Counted from the first letter of the stretch, positions 40,597 through 50,886 are shown. The stretch: DNA of 64,000 nucleotides from Rubripirellula sp. (GCA_965216875.1 OZ244207.1:6784001-6848000), one strand, 5' to 3'. The notes: generated from the sequence alone by a model not told the origin. Translations and numbers: made by a program.

Positions 40597-43500
40597 CTGA
40601 CGCGTCCTCACAAACCAGGGTCCCCGACGATTCGCCATCGAAACCATCGGCGGTCAAAGTATGGGCTGACGTTGGCGGCACGTTCACCGACTGCTTTGTG
40701 ATCGAGGCAAGCGGTGACGTGTCAGTGACGAAGACATTAAGTAGTGGCGTCACGCGCGCGACCATTGCCGAAACACGCGGCGAACGCGCGTTGGTCCTTG
40801 GTGACGATACTTTCGCCGACCTTCCGGATGGTTTTTGGAAAGGCGCTCATGTCGCGCTTGTTCAGGCTGATGGCTCGGCATCACCACTGGGCCGGGTCGA
40901 GGACTTCAGCGCAAGCGAAGGCCTCATCACGGTTGATCGCGATTTTGGACCCACGCACCCGAGTGCGCCAGCTCTGATCGAACTTGATGCGGCTATCGAA
41001 GCACCCGTTCTGGCGACGCATCGATTATTAGGCGTTCCAATTTCGGAAACGCTTCCCCAAGTAGATGTTCGGCTTGGCACAACGCGAGGCACGAACGCTC
41101 TTTTGACTCGAACGGGCGCAAAGACGGCGCTCTTGGTAACCAGCGGGTTTGGCGATGTTTTGCAGATTGGCCAACAGAATCGTCCTGACCTTTTTTCTTT
41201 GGCAATCAAGAAGCCATCGCCACTTGCCCATCAAGTCGTCGAAGTCGATGAGAGATTGGATGCTTCGGGCAAGGTGCTGAGACCGATTCAGCTTGATGCG
41301 ATCGAGACCTCACTTGAGGATTTGCGCAGTCAAGGGATCGATTCGCTAGCGATTTGTTTGCTGCATGCTCATGTCAACGACGTTCACGAACGTGCACTGT
41401 TGAAGTTGGCTACAAAGCTAGGCTGGAAGAACATCAGCCTGTCGAGTCAGGTTGCCCCGCTGATCAAGTTGGTCTCACGAAGCGCGACGACGACACTTGA
41501 TGCCTACCTCAACCCCATCCTTGATCAATACGTCAAACGCATCACAACTCAATTTGGTTGCGATCGTCCAGGTAGCCGTTTGCGATTGATGACCAGTGGT
41601 GGCAACCTCGTTGCCCCGGAAGCCTTTCGCGGTCGCGACAGCATCCTTTCGGGTCCGGCGGGAGGCGTGGTGGCACTGGCCGAAGTCGCCAAGTCGGCCG
41701 ATGTCCGTGGTGCAATCGGTTTGGACATGGGCGGCACGAGCACCGATGTCAGTCGTTTCGAAGGACGCATTGGCCGGCGGTATGAATCGACCGTGTCGGG
41801 TGTCCACGTGATGACACCAATGATGGACATTCATACTGTCGCAGCGGGCGGCGGTTCGATTTGTTCGTTCGAGGCTGGTCGACTTGCTGTGGGGCCAGCG
41901 AGCGCTGGTGCCGACCCCGGTCCAGCATGTTATGGACGCGGTGGTCCGCTCGCGGTGACCGACGTCAACCTTTTGCTTGGTCGTTTGCCGATCGATCGGT
42001 TTCCCTTTCAACTCGATCAAAAGGCTGCACGGTCACGGCTTGTCGAAATCGCTCGCAAGCAGAATGCGACGGCAAGTGATGTGGCGGCAAGTCATGATGC
42101 GGCGCGCGTCGGTGATCCAAACGATGACCAACTCGATCGACTTGCCGAAGGCTTCTTGCAAATCGCGATCACACACATGGCCGAAGCGGTCCGGACCGTG
42201 AGTACGGCCGAAGGATCCGATCCACGCAAAATGGCACTTGTGGGTTTCGGTGGCGCAGCCGGTCAGCATCTTTGCGGCGTCGCCAGCGCGTTGGGCATGA
42301 GCGAAGTCATCGATCACCCGCATGCAGGGATGTTGAGTGCGCTTGGTATGGGGCTGGCGAAAATCGGTCGTGTGGTGACCCGAGGTCTCTATCGACCGTT
42401 TGGTGCCGAAACGATCGAAACCATCAAACAGATAAAGGACGAACTCAAAGACGAAGCGGCAATTCAACTCGCACAGGAACAAAGCGAGTCGACTCCCCTG
42501 CCCTCTCCGGAGAACCCGCCCTCTCTTGAAAACAGCTCGCCCAAGTTTGCGTTTGAATGTGACCTGCGCTATGTCGGTACCGAATCGACGTTGGCTCTGG
42601 CGATCGACGACGTCGAAACGCTTGAACGACGTTTTCACAAGATGCACGAGCAGGTGTTTGGTTATGTCCAAAGTGATCGAGCGGTCGAATGCGTGTCGGT
42701 TCGCTGTGAGGCAACCTTGCCAGTCGATAGGCCAGGTTCGCTCGCGTTAGCGGAAGACGTCATTCATCCGCCGTCGACCATCAAGACCTACTTTGCGAGT
42801 GAATGGACCGAAGTTCCGGTGGTCGATCGAGTGACGCTGGATGTCGACCAACCCATCGTCGGACCAATGATGATCGTGAGCGACTATTCGACGTTGTTGG
42901 TGGAACCGGGATGGAGCGGTCGCGTGCTGGCCGACAAATCGATTCGCTTGCAACCCACATCGGACAAAACCGCATTGGGTCAGCCGAGCGTTAATGAGGA
43001 GTCAAATGTGGAAGCCTTGGTCGGAAACGATCCAGTGCTATTGGAAGTGGTTGCCAGGCGTTTGCAAGGCATCGCCGATGCGATGGGCGAAGTGCTGCGC
43101 AGGACCTCGGTCAGCGTAAACGTCAAGGAACGCCAAGATTACAGTTGCGCCGTTTTTCGAGGTGACGGATCACTCATCGCAAACGCGCCGCATGTACCGG
43201 TGCACTTGGGTGCGATGGGGCATACGGTCAAGCGGATGATGGAGGTTTACCCGACGATGTCGCCCGGGGACTGTTATCTGAGCAACGATCCGTACTCGGG
43301 CGGTTCGCATCTTCCCGACATCACCGCGGTGACGCCTGTCTTTTGCGACCCCACAAGAAAGGGAACGCCCGACTTCTTCGTTGCATCGCGCGCTCACCAT
43401 GCAGAAATTGGCGGTCGAACGCCCGGGTCCATGCCCCCAGACGCCACTTGCTTGGCCGAAGAAGGCGTTCTGATTCGGGACTTTGCGTTGGTTCGAGAGG

Positions 43501-44588
43501 GCCAGCATCACTTTGACGCATTGCGCGAGCTTCTCACATCGGGCGACTACCCGTCACGCAGTGTGGATGAAAACATTGCCGATATCGCCGCTCAACAAGC
43601 GGCTGGCAATGACGGTGCAAGAGCACTTGTGGACCTCGCTTCAAAGTACTCCGTCAACACGGTCGACTTGATGATGGGGCGGTTGCTTGGCCTCGCTGGC
43701 GATGCGATGCAACAGTGGATCGAGACGTTGACCGATCAGACGATGTCGTTCGACGACGTGCTTGACGACGGTACTGGAATCCGAGTTGCGATTACGAAGC
43801 ATGACGGTCGCTTGAGAATCGACTTTTCAGGAACGGCTGGGGTTCATCCCAATGGGTTCAATGCAACGCGATCGATCGTCACGGCGGCAGTCCTTTATGT
43901 TTTGAGGTCTGTATCAAAGTCCGACTTGCCTCTTTGCGACGGAGTCCTCAGAGATGTCGACCTCGTGATTCCCAAAGGCTTGTTATCACCGCCATCCCAT
44001 CCCGACCCCACCAAGTGCGCGGCGGTGGTTGCGGGCAACGTCGAAACAAGCCAGCGAGTCGTTGATGTTTTGTTGGGCGCACTCGGCATTGCCGCGGCAT
44101 CACAGGGGACGATGAATAACGTTTTGATGGGAGACGATACGTTCGGCTATTACGAAACGATTGGTGGTGGTAGTGGCGCTGTCGACGGAAACGCCGGTGC
44201 CGATGCTGTTCATACCCATATGACCAACACGCGCATCACCGATCCTGAGGTGGTGGAGACCAGGTTGCCGGTGAGGCTGAATCGTTTTGCCATTCGTCGC
44301 GGAAGTGGCGGCAGAGGAGCGTATCGGGGAGGCGATGGAATGATTCGGGAATTCGAATTCCTGCGGCCATTGCATATCTCGTTGATCACCAATCGCCGCT
44401 CGGTCTCGCCCTACGGTGCGGCCGGTGGCCAACCAGGTGCACGGGGCGAAAACGTTCTGGTCCGGCACAACACGAACACGGTCTTGGGGTCCTTTGCCGC
44501 CTTTGAAGTCGAAGAAGGTGATCGATTGGTCATCAAGACACCCGGCGGCGGAGGTTGGGGAAGTGACGAGTCGACCGGTACCCCGTGA
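40593..44588 (+). CDS. 5-oxoprolinase / hydantoinase A+B fusion
   Basis: DVGGTFTD, GTTRGTNALL, SGPAGG, DMGGTSTDV, IHTVAAGGGS, SVNVKERQDYSCA, NDPYSGGSHLPD, GNVETSQR, HTHMTNTRITDPE, TPGGGGWG. Confidence 0.94.
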   Translation: MTDASSQTRVPDDSPSKPSAVKVWADVGGTFTDCFVIEASGDVSVTKTLSSGVTRATIAETRGERALVLGDDTFADLPDGFWKGAHVALVQADGSASPLGRVEDFSASEGLITVDRDFGPTHPSAPALIELDAAIEAPVLATHRLLGVPISETLPQVDVRLGTTRGTNALLTRTGAKTALLVTSGFGDVLQIGQQNRPDLFSLAIKKPSPLAHQVVEVDERLDASGKVLRPIQLDAIETSLEDLRSQGIDSLAICLLHAHVNDVHERALLKLATKLGWKNISLSSQVAPLIKLVSRSATTTLDAYLNPILDQYVKRITTQFGCDRPGSRLRLMTSGGNLVAPEAFRGRDSILSGPAGGVVALAEVAKSADVRGAIGLDMGGTSTDVSRFEGRIGRRYESTVSGVHVMTPMMDIHTVAAGGGSICSFEAGRLAVGPASAGADPGPACYGRGGPLAVTDVNLLLGRLPIDRFPFQLDQKAARSRLVEIARKQNATASDVAASHDAARVGDPNDDQLDRLAEGFLQIAITHMAEAVRTVSTAEGSDPRKMALVGFGGAAGQHLCGVASALGMSEVIDHPHAGMLSALGMGLAKIGRVVTRGLYRPFGAETIETIKQIKDELKDEAAIQLAQEQSESTPLPSPENPPSLENSSPKFAFECDLRYVGTESTLALAIDDVETLERRFHKMHEQVFGYVQSDRAVECVSVRCEATLPVDRPGSLALAEDVIHPPSTIKTYFASEWTEVPVVDRVTLDVDQPIVGPMMIVSDYSTLLVEPGWSGRVLADKSIRLQPTSDKTALGQPSVNEESNVEALVGNDPVLLEVVARRLQGIADAMGEVLRRTSVSVNVKERQDYSCAVFRGDGSLIANAPHVPVHLGAMGHTVKRMMEVYPTMSPGDCYLSNDPYSGGSHLPDITAVTPVFCDPTRKGTPDFFVASRAHHAEIGGRTPGSMPPDATCLAEEGVLIRDFALVREGQHHFDALRELLTSGDYPSRSVDENIADIAAQQAAGNDGARALVDLASKYSVNTVDLMMGRLLGLAGDAMQQWIETLTDQTMSFDDVLDDGTGIRVAITKHDGRLRIDFSGTAGVHPNGFNATRSIVTAAVLYVLRSVSKSDLPLCDGVLRDVDLVIPKGLLSPPSHPDPTKCAAVVAGNVETSQRVVDVLLGALGIAAASQGTMNNVLMGDDTFGYYETIGGGSGAVDGNAGADAVHTHMTNTRITDPEVVETRLPVRLNRFAIRRGSGGRGAYRGGDGMIREFEFLRPLHISLITNRRSVSPYGAAGGQPGARGENVLVRHNTNTVLGSFAAFEVEEGDRLVIKTPGGGGWGSDESTGTP

Positions 44589-44606
44589 TCGGCGATCGGC
44601 CGATCT

Positions 44607-44746
44607 GTGAGCCGTGATCGCGTCAGCGGCCGGGCACTGCAAGGATCTGTGAGCCGCAATCGCGTCAGCGGCCTTTTCACAAGCACAACGCTGCAGGGGC
44701 TCGGCGTGCCGGATCCGCGTCGCTGTCGCTCCTTGATCCGGCCTAC
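44607..44746. repeat. composite repeat cassette (2x R4-like + R7)
   Basis: GTGAGCCG.GATCGCGTCAGCGGCC-type units at 44607 and 44649; 40-bp TGCCGGATCCGCGTCGCTGTCGCTCCTTGATCCGGCCTAC at 44707-44746. Confidence 0.85.
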
Positions 44747-44798
44747 AGGCGAGATGCGGGCTGCTTAGCGAACCGCGGCTTTTCGGGTAAAACGTGGA

Positions 44799-46373
44799 TT
44801 GGAACACACGTTAGCCCTTTTCAATTTGCCGAGCCGACTTTTGAACGAAACATCGACTTCCGAATCTGTCGCTGCCCTCCTGGGGGCTTCCGCCGACCCG
44901 GTCGCAGCAGGATGGAATCTTCGAGAACTCGCCCAAAAGGCGCGCGCTGGCGAACTGATTGCCGAGCTCGAGGCTTCAAGGCAATCGATCGGCGATTCGG
45001 ATCCAGCAATCCTTGGGGGACTCCTGCGCTGCGTGCACACGCTCTGTGTTCAGGCGTGGATGAACAAAGCCGACGAAGTCATCGACTCCAGCCAGCTGCG
45101 TTTGATCTACGAAGCAACGCCGCCAACCACACCGAATCGACACCTGCTCTTGCATCTGTTGGCGCTTGATCGCACCGCCGAGTCACTGGCGATGTTGGTC
45201 CAGATCTTGCGCGTTGATCCGCCCGAAAAGTGGATCGAAGGCGCGCAAGTGCTCAGCCCGTTGATGCAGCATGACGGATGGCCCGTCGATGCCGTCTACC
45301 CTGCACTGTTGCACTGTCTCGAGTTCCCGGCATTGGCTGCTCCGCTGCTCGACTTGGCGAACTACTTGACCCGCAAGGGGCGCGTTTCAGAGCATCCCGC
45401 CACGGCGCAGTTGCAAGTGCTCAACACATTGCTCGGCCAGGTCAGCGCTCAATTAAGTAACTTCGAAGACAACCCGCGCGCTTTCGGAGACGATGTTGAT
45501 GAGGTTCAGTCGCGGCTGGGCGAGGCGGTCGCGCTTGCCGTTTCGCTGTGTGATGCCGTTGGCTTGATTGGTGACGAGTCGTCGATCGGAAAGTTGAATC
45601 AAACAATCGACCTCAAGCACCGACGCGTTCAATGTGAAGCCGCCGGTGCGTTGGCCCGGCTCGGCGACGACGCGGGCAAGGAACGACTCGTGGAACTTTC
45701 AAAAGATCCGGCGGCGCGGCTACGGGCGATTCACTATGCCGACGAACTCGGTTTTGGTGAAAGAATTGATGCCGACCAACGATCCGACAAGGCGACCGCA
45801 GAAGCGGAGATGGCGTTGTGGTTGTGCCAGCCCCAACAGATGGGCGTTCCTCCAACCGGTCTCGAGGTGATCGACTCTCGGCGTATGCTTTGGCCAAGCT
45901 ACACCGACCCCATCGATGTCTTTTTGGTCCGCTTTGAATACAGTTTCGGCGATCGGCAATACAGCAACGTGGGCATCACAGGGCCGGTGGCGTTTGCGAT
46001 GTCGGCGGACGTTGCCGAACTGCCGGTCGATGACATCTATGCGATCTACGCCGGTTGGCATGCCGAGCATGATGAAATCTTTGTTGTCCCAGCCGACCAA
46101 TTCAACGAGGCTCAATCGCGCGCGGTTGAACCTTACACAAAACATCTCGAGCAAAACGGCTACGAATCGATCAAGCCCGAGATGCTCGGGTTCTTTCTCG
46201 ATGAACAGGCGGGCATCTTCAGCGCGGTTCGCGATGCAACCGCATGTTTGGTGGTGACCGATGGGCTCGAAACAGTCGACCAACCGACTGCCGGTCGCGC
46301 TCGCCCACTGTCCGCTGGAGACCTCTTCAATCTTTACAAGGGTCGAAAGATGCTTCGAACCTTCAACCCCTAG
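44799..46373 (+). CDS. HEAT-repeat-containing hypothetical protein
   Basis: 524-aa helical ORF; AVGLIGDESSIGKL...RRVQCEAAGALARLGD is a PBS-lyase HEAT-like unit. TTG start uncertain. Confidence 0.75.
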   Translation: MEHTLALFNLPSRLLNETSTSESVAALLGASADPVAAGWNLRELAQKARAGELIAELEASRQSIGDSDPAILGGLLRCVHTLCVQAWMNKADEVIDSSQLRLIYEATPPTTPNRHLLLHLLALDRTAESLAMLVQILRVDPPEKWIEGAQVLSPLMQHDGWPVDAVYPALLHCLEFPALAAPLLDLANYLTRKGRVSEHPATAQLQVLNTLLGQVSAQLSNFEDNPRAFGDDVDEVQSRLGEAVALAVSLCDAVGLIGDESSIGKLNQTIDLKHRRVQCEAAGALARLGDDAGKERLVELSKDPAARLRAIHYADELGFGERIDADQRSDKATAEAEMALWLCQPQQMGVPPTGLEVIDSRRMLWPSYTDPIDVFLVRFEYSFGDRQYSNVGITGPVAFAMSADVAELPVDDIYAIYAGWHAEHDEIFVVPADQFNEAQSRAVEPYTKHLEQNGYESIKPEMLGFFLDEQAGIFSAVRDATACLVVTDGLETVDQPTAGRARPLSAGDLFNLYKGRKMLRTFNP

Positions 46374-46431
46374 TGCAGCGTCGAACGGGCAGGTGCATCA
46401 GCCGAAACGTGATGGTGTTCGGTTTTCACTG

Positions 46432-46545
46432 GTGAGCCGCGATCGCGTGAGCGGCCGGGGCTTCGTCTCTTTTACTCTGAACAGATTGCCAAGGTTTGAA
46501 GATCATGCCGGATCCGCGTCGCTGTCGCTCCTTGATCCGGCCTAC
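46432..46545. repeat. composite repeat cassette (R4-like + R7)
   Basis: GTGAGCCGCGATCGCGTGAGCGGCCGGG at 46432-46459; exact 40-bp copy of 44707-44746 at 46506-46545. Confidence 0.85.
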
Positions 46546-46667
46546 CTTAATTCGGCCTGCGTTCGCGTTTGGGGCAGGCATAAACTCGCGCCTCGGCCTG
46601 ATTTTGGGCGTACAATAGGGACAGGAATTGGTCCCCTAGATGAAGTCCCCTCCAACGAGTGATGTGA

Positions 46668-46928
46668 ATGGCGTTCAATCTCGGTCGCGTTTCGGATTGC
46701 GAAAACCGCTTGCGACGGGATTTCAGCGATTTTTCGAGGCTTTGGTTGGCCGTCAAAGAAGACTGGCTGGATGAAAAACGCGACAAGTTCGAAGACGAAC
46801 ACCTCGCTTCACTGGGACCGAGTTTGAGCCGCTTTGCGGGTGCGCTGCATGAATTTTGTGATGCTGTACGCAAAGCCGATCACGCGCTGAAAGATGATTT
46901 GGCGGGCTCGGACGAGTTAGAATACTAA
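46668..46928 (+). CDS. small helical WXG100/ESAT-6-like protein (W-x-D variant)
   Basis: 86 aa, no signal peptide, two amphipathic helical halves around W33-L-D35 (EDWLDEKRDKF); ends 34 bp before an FtsK-family ATPase. Confidence 0.65.
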   Translation: MAFNLGRVSDCENRLRRDFSDFSRLWLAVKEDWLDEKRDKFEDEHLASLGPSLSRFAGALHEFCDAVRKADHALKDDLAGSDELEY

Positions 46929-46962
46929 GTCGCCTCCTCTTCTCGTTTGCGACATCACTGCC

Positions 46963-49900
46963 ATGAAAGATTCTTCGGTCGCCCCTGCCGGGCTATTTGA
47001 CCCGCGCCGACAAAAGCAATTGCTCCAGGGACTCGCTGATCGCTTCCAACATTGCTTGGATCAGCAGCAAGATTTGCGCAAGTCCCACGCCGTGGAAAGA
47101 GCGCAGGAAGAGCAGTCGCTGAGTCAGGAACGCAGCGAGATGACCGATCGGTGTCGCGCGAAGCGGCGCAAGATGCTTGACCAATGGGACCAAGCCGAAG
47201 AAGAGCTAACGAGCGGATACGAAGCTTCGGCCATCAAACACCGAAAAGAACTTGCCAGGCTCTCCGCTGTCTTTCGGCGTAAAGCGACCGAGGAAAAGGA
47301 CACGATCGAACGCAAGGTCGAAGCGAGACGGCAAGCCGTTCAAGAGCAATACGAGAATCGCAAGAATCAGCCGGGGCTGCAAAACCGAAAAGAGATCAAA
47401 CTGATCGACGAAAGCCTGGTCGAGATTCACAAGCACCTTGAATGGGCACGCGCGCTAACGATTCGACGGCTCGATCGCATTCCTGAAGTGCCTCCCGCGT
47501 CGAACCCGGAAGAAGACGAAAGTGCTCCCGCGCCCGGATCCGTTAAAGAAACGATCGAAACGGTCGAGATGTTGACCCGTCGTTGTGGGGCGGTGGTCGA
47601 AGAGATGCAAACCGGGACTGCCTATAAAACGGTCGACTCGTTTTATTTGCCAGCCGGTGTAGGTGTGGCGATTGCGATCTGGGCAATCGGAGCCTACTTC
47701 TTTGGACCACAGCCACCTTGGATTCCGATGATCGTTGGGGCGATTGTTTGTGGTGTGATTGGTTTCATTATCTACGCGATCCTGCTTTGGCCGCTCAAGA
47801 AGGCCACCCGCCGCCAATACCCGAAGGTGGAACGTATCGCACGCGCCGCCGAAGAATGCGCAGCATCAGGACGCAAACTTTCGACGGACGCTGCCAAGGA
47901 CTTTGCTGCCGAACTCGTCCACCGTCGGGACAGCCATCTTGCTGCGACCAAACGCTGGAAAGAAGAGCAGTTGACCGAGATGGAAGCCCGCTTGCGCGAA
48001 CAGCAAGAAGAGCATCGCCAGAAACTCGTTCAAGGACTGGCCGAAGCGGATACGCAATACACCCAGCAATTTGCGCGAGTTGGCCAGGAGATGCGTCAAA
48101 ATGCCGAAACGCTTGCAGCTGACATTACCGAGACACTTGCAAAAACGGACTCTCAACTTCAGGCCAAACGAGAAACGGCGGCCGCGGATCGCCACGCACA
48201 GCTCCAACATCTTTCCAACCGACTAAAAGAAGGTGCGAGCCGAGGACTTCATCGGATCTTCGTGACCGATCAACAAGTTCGTCAGCGATTTCCTGATTGG
48301 GAATCTGTTCACCGCGGCGATGCCCTTGGCCAAAACAAGCTCGATTTCCTCCCGCTTGGAAACCTGGGCGTTGATGCGAGCCTTCGAAATGTTCTCGAAG
48401 GTAAAACGGCCAAGCAGCCAATCGCAAATTCAGGCGGCAATGGGCATCACGGCACCGATGATCTCAACGAGCTTCTGGCAACCGCAGAAGTTCCTGAAAT
48501 GCTTCCGGTGGTGCTGCACCGTCGATTGCATAGCGGCGTCGTGATTCAAGCGCCACAATCGCAAATGGAAAACGCGGTTGATCTCGCGCATCAATTGATA
48601 TGGCGTTTGATATCGGGCGCCGCGCCGACTCGTGCCAAGTTGACATTGATCGATCCACTTGGACGTGGTCAGCACTTCACGAGTTTTATGGCGTTGGCGG
48701 ACCATGATGCGACGATGGTCGGTCACCGCGTTTGGACAACCGACAGCAAGATCGACGCGCGGTTGGGTGAGCTGGCGCACCACGTCGAAGATGTTTTACA
48801 GTCGAGTCTGCGTGATCGCTTTGAACGCATCGAAGATTACAACGAGGTCGCCGGTTCGATGGCTGAACCGTATCGAATCGTGGCCGCCGTTGGGATGCCC
48901 GAAGGGCTGACCCGAGACGGTTACAAACACCTTCGTGCGTTGATTGAAAGTGGTCTTCGGTGCGGCATCTTTACGGTCCTGGTTTGCGACTCCGAACGTC
49001 CCTGGCCGACGGACATGCCGCTTCCGGGGCGCGAGAAAATGTTGCATGTTTCCGTTGATGAATCGGGAACGTGGCAGCTTGATTCGGACGGTCTGGAAGG
49101 ATTGCCGTTTCATCCGGCGCCCCTTCCGCCAGTCGCGATGAGAAAGGAACTGGTCGAGCAAATCGGTACGGCGACTGTCGCGGCGTCGCGCGTTGAAATC
49201 CCACTCGACAGCATCATCGATTCGGCGGACCAAGCGGCGGGCTCGACCTCCGAAGGCATCGAAATCGCGATCGGGAGTCAGGGTGCCAACCGCGTATTGG
49301 CGCTGGACCTTGGCGAGGGAGTTCGGCAACACGTGTTGATCGCCGGCAAGACGGGATCGGGAAAAAGTACGCTACTGCATTCGATCATCACGTCGGGTGC
49401 GTACCGCTATAGCCCCGACGAGATGCATTTCTACTTGCTCGACTTCAAGAAAGGGGTCGAGTTCAAACCCTACGCTGATTGCGGTCTACCACACGCTCGC
49501 GTGATCGGGATTGAAAGTGAACGCGAGTTCGGTCGCAGCGTGTTGCAACGGCTTGATGAAGAGCTCCAGCAGCGTGGCGAAAAGTTTCGCGCAAACGGTG
49601 TGCAAGAACTTGGCGAGTACCGCCAGGCTTCGGGCGAAACGTTGCCGCGGATCATGTTGGTGATCGACGAATTCCAGGAACTGTTCGTACGCGACGATCG
49701 TTTGGCCAACGACTGTGCCATGTTGCTCGACCGATTGGTTCGCCAGGGGCGTTCTTTTGGAATGCACGTTGTGCTCAGCAGCCAATCGTTGGCGGGCGCC
49801 TATTCGTTGCCACGCGCGACGCTTGGTCAAATGGCAGTCCGCATTGCAATGCAATGCAGCGAGTCCGATGCGGCTCTTATCCTCTCGGACGACAACACGG

Positions 49901-50886
49901 CGGCGCGTTTGATCGCGCGACCAGGTGAAGCCATTTACAATGATGCGGGCGGTCTAGTCGAGGGGAACCAACCGTTCCAAGTCGCGTGGCTATCGACCAA
50001 TCGCCACCGCGAGATGTTGTCCGAAATTGCCGAACGTGACGCGGATTGGCGAAAGCAACTCGCGCCGCCGGTTGTTTTCGAAGGCAATCGACCTTGCCGC
50101 TGGAACGCGCATCTTGCCTCGGCCGTTGTCGACAACGAGTCCTCTTCTGCGCTGAGCGGCTTGCTGGGCGAAGCGGTTGAGATTGGCCCGCCACTGGGTT
50201 TGCAACTTAGTCGTAATACCGGTCGCAACGTCCTCTTGATCACGCCGCCCGAATCTCGCGGCGCGGTGTTGGCATCGACGATTTCAGGTATGGCCAAGTG
50301 TGATCCACGGCTGCAAGTGGTTTACTTGGACGGGAACCGTGCTGACGACACGCCTTCGTTGGCGCCATGGCTAGAAGAAGCTGGGTTGAATGTAAAAGCA
50401 GTGCGAACGCGTGACAGTGAGTCCGAGATCGTTCAGCTTAGTGAACTGGTGAAGAGTCGCGGTGATGAAGCCGAAGATGCTGAGCCGATTGTTGTTGTGG
50501 TCGATCCCTTGGAACGCTTCCGTGACTTCCGACAAGACGAGTCGTTCAATTTTTCGCTTGATGCGGCCGGTGCAGGCGCAAGCGGTGCAACTGCCCTGCA
50601 AGATCTGTTGCGCGACGGTGCGCCAGCGAACATCTTTGTGGTTTGCGTGTGCGGATCGGCCGAAACCCTTTCGCGATGGTTGCCACGAGCGAGTCAACAC
50701 GATTTGGAACTTCGAATCCTTGGCCGCATGAACGCGACCGATTCATCGACCTTGATCGACACGCCGATGGCTTCCGAACTCTCAACAGCAACCATGCTGT
50801 TGTACGACGATTCGGATGGACGCATCACCAAGTTCCGCCAGTGCGATCTGCCCGACCCCAAAGAGGTTCGCGATTGGTTGAGATAG
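46963..50886 (+). CDS. membrane-anchored FtsK/SpoIIIE-family ATPase (EccC/EssC-like architecture)
   Basis: Coiled-coil N-terminus, two TM helices, HVLIAGKTGSGKS (Walker A, ~49342), LLDFKKG, IMLVIDEFQELF (Walker B), QGRSFGMHVVLSSQ; flanking degenerate ATPase-like domains. Confidence 0.88.
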   Translation: MKDSSVAPAGLFDPRRQKQLLQGLADRFQHCLDQQQDLRKSHAVERAQEEQSLSQERSEMTDRCRAKRRKMLDQWDQAEEELTSGYEASAIKHRKELARLSAVFRRKATEEKDTIERKVEARRQAVQEQYENRKNQPGLQNRKEIKLIDESLVEIHKHLEWARALTIRRLDRIPEVPPASNPEEDESAPAPGSVKETIETVEMLTRRCGAVVEEMQTGTAYKTVDSFYLPAGVGVAIAIWAIGAYFFGPQPPWIPMIVGAIVCGVIGFIIYAILLWPLKKATRRQYPKVERIARAAEECAASGRKLSTDAAKDFAAELVHRRDSHLAATKRWKEEQLTEMEARLREQQEEHRQKLVQGLAEADTQYTQQFARVGQEMRQNAETLAADITETLAKTDSQLQAKRETAAADRHAQLQHLSNRLKEGASRGLHRIFVTDQQVRQRFPDWESVHRGDALGQNKLDFLPLGNLGVDASLRNVLEGKTAKQPIANSGGNGHHGTDDLNELLATAEVPEMLPVVLHRRLHSGVVIQAPQSQMENAVDLAHQLIWRLISGAAPTRAKLTLIDPLGRGQHFTSFMALADHDATMVGHRVWTTDSKIDARLGELAHHVEDVLQSSLRDRFERIEDYNEVAGSMAEPYRIVAAVGMPEGLTRDGYKHLRALIESGLRCGIFTVLVCDSERPWPTDMPLPGREKMLHVSVDESGTWQLDSDGLEGLPFHPAPLPPVAMRKELVEQIGTATVAASRVEIPLDSIIDSADQAAGSTSEGIEIAIGSQGANRVLALDLGEGVRQHVLIAGKTGSGKSTLLHSIITSGAYRYSPDEMHFYLLDFKKGVEFKPYADCGLPHARVIGIESEREFGRSVLQRLDEELQQRGEKFRANGVQELGEYRQASGETLPRIMLVIDEFQELFVRDDRLANDCAMLLDRLVRQGRSFGMHVVLSSQSLAGAYSLPRATLGQMAVRIAMQCSESDAALILSDDNTAARLIARPGEAIYNDAGGLVEGNQPFQVAWLSTNRHREMLSEIAERDADWRKQLAPPVVFEGNRPCRWNAHLASAVVDNESSSALSGLLGEAVEIGPPLGLQLSRNTGRNVLLITPPESRGAVLASTISGMAKCDPRLQVVYLDGNRADDTPSLAPWLEEAGLNVKAVRTRDSESEIVQLSELVKSRGDEAEDAEPIVVVVDPLERFRDFRQDESFNFSLDAAGAGASGATALQDLLRDGAPANIFVVCVCGSAETLSRWLPRASQHDLELRILGRMNATDSSTLIDTPMASELSTATMLLYDDSDGRITKFRQCDLPDPKEVRDWLR

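Noticed and set aside
46963..50886. Cell-division DNA translocase ftsK
   Set aside because: No N-terminal 4-TM domain or recognisable C-terminal gamma domain; tandem degenerate ATPase domains and a WXG100-like neighbour argue otherwise, so no gene symbol is given.
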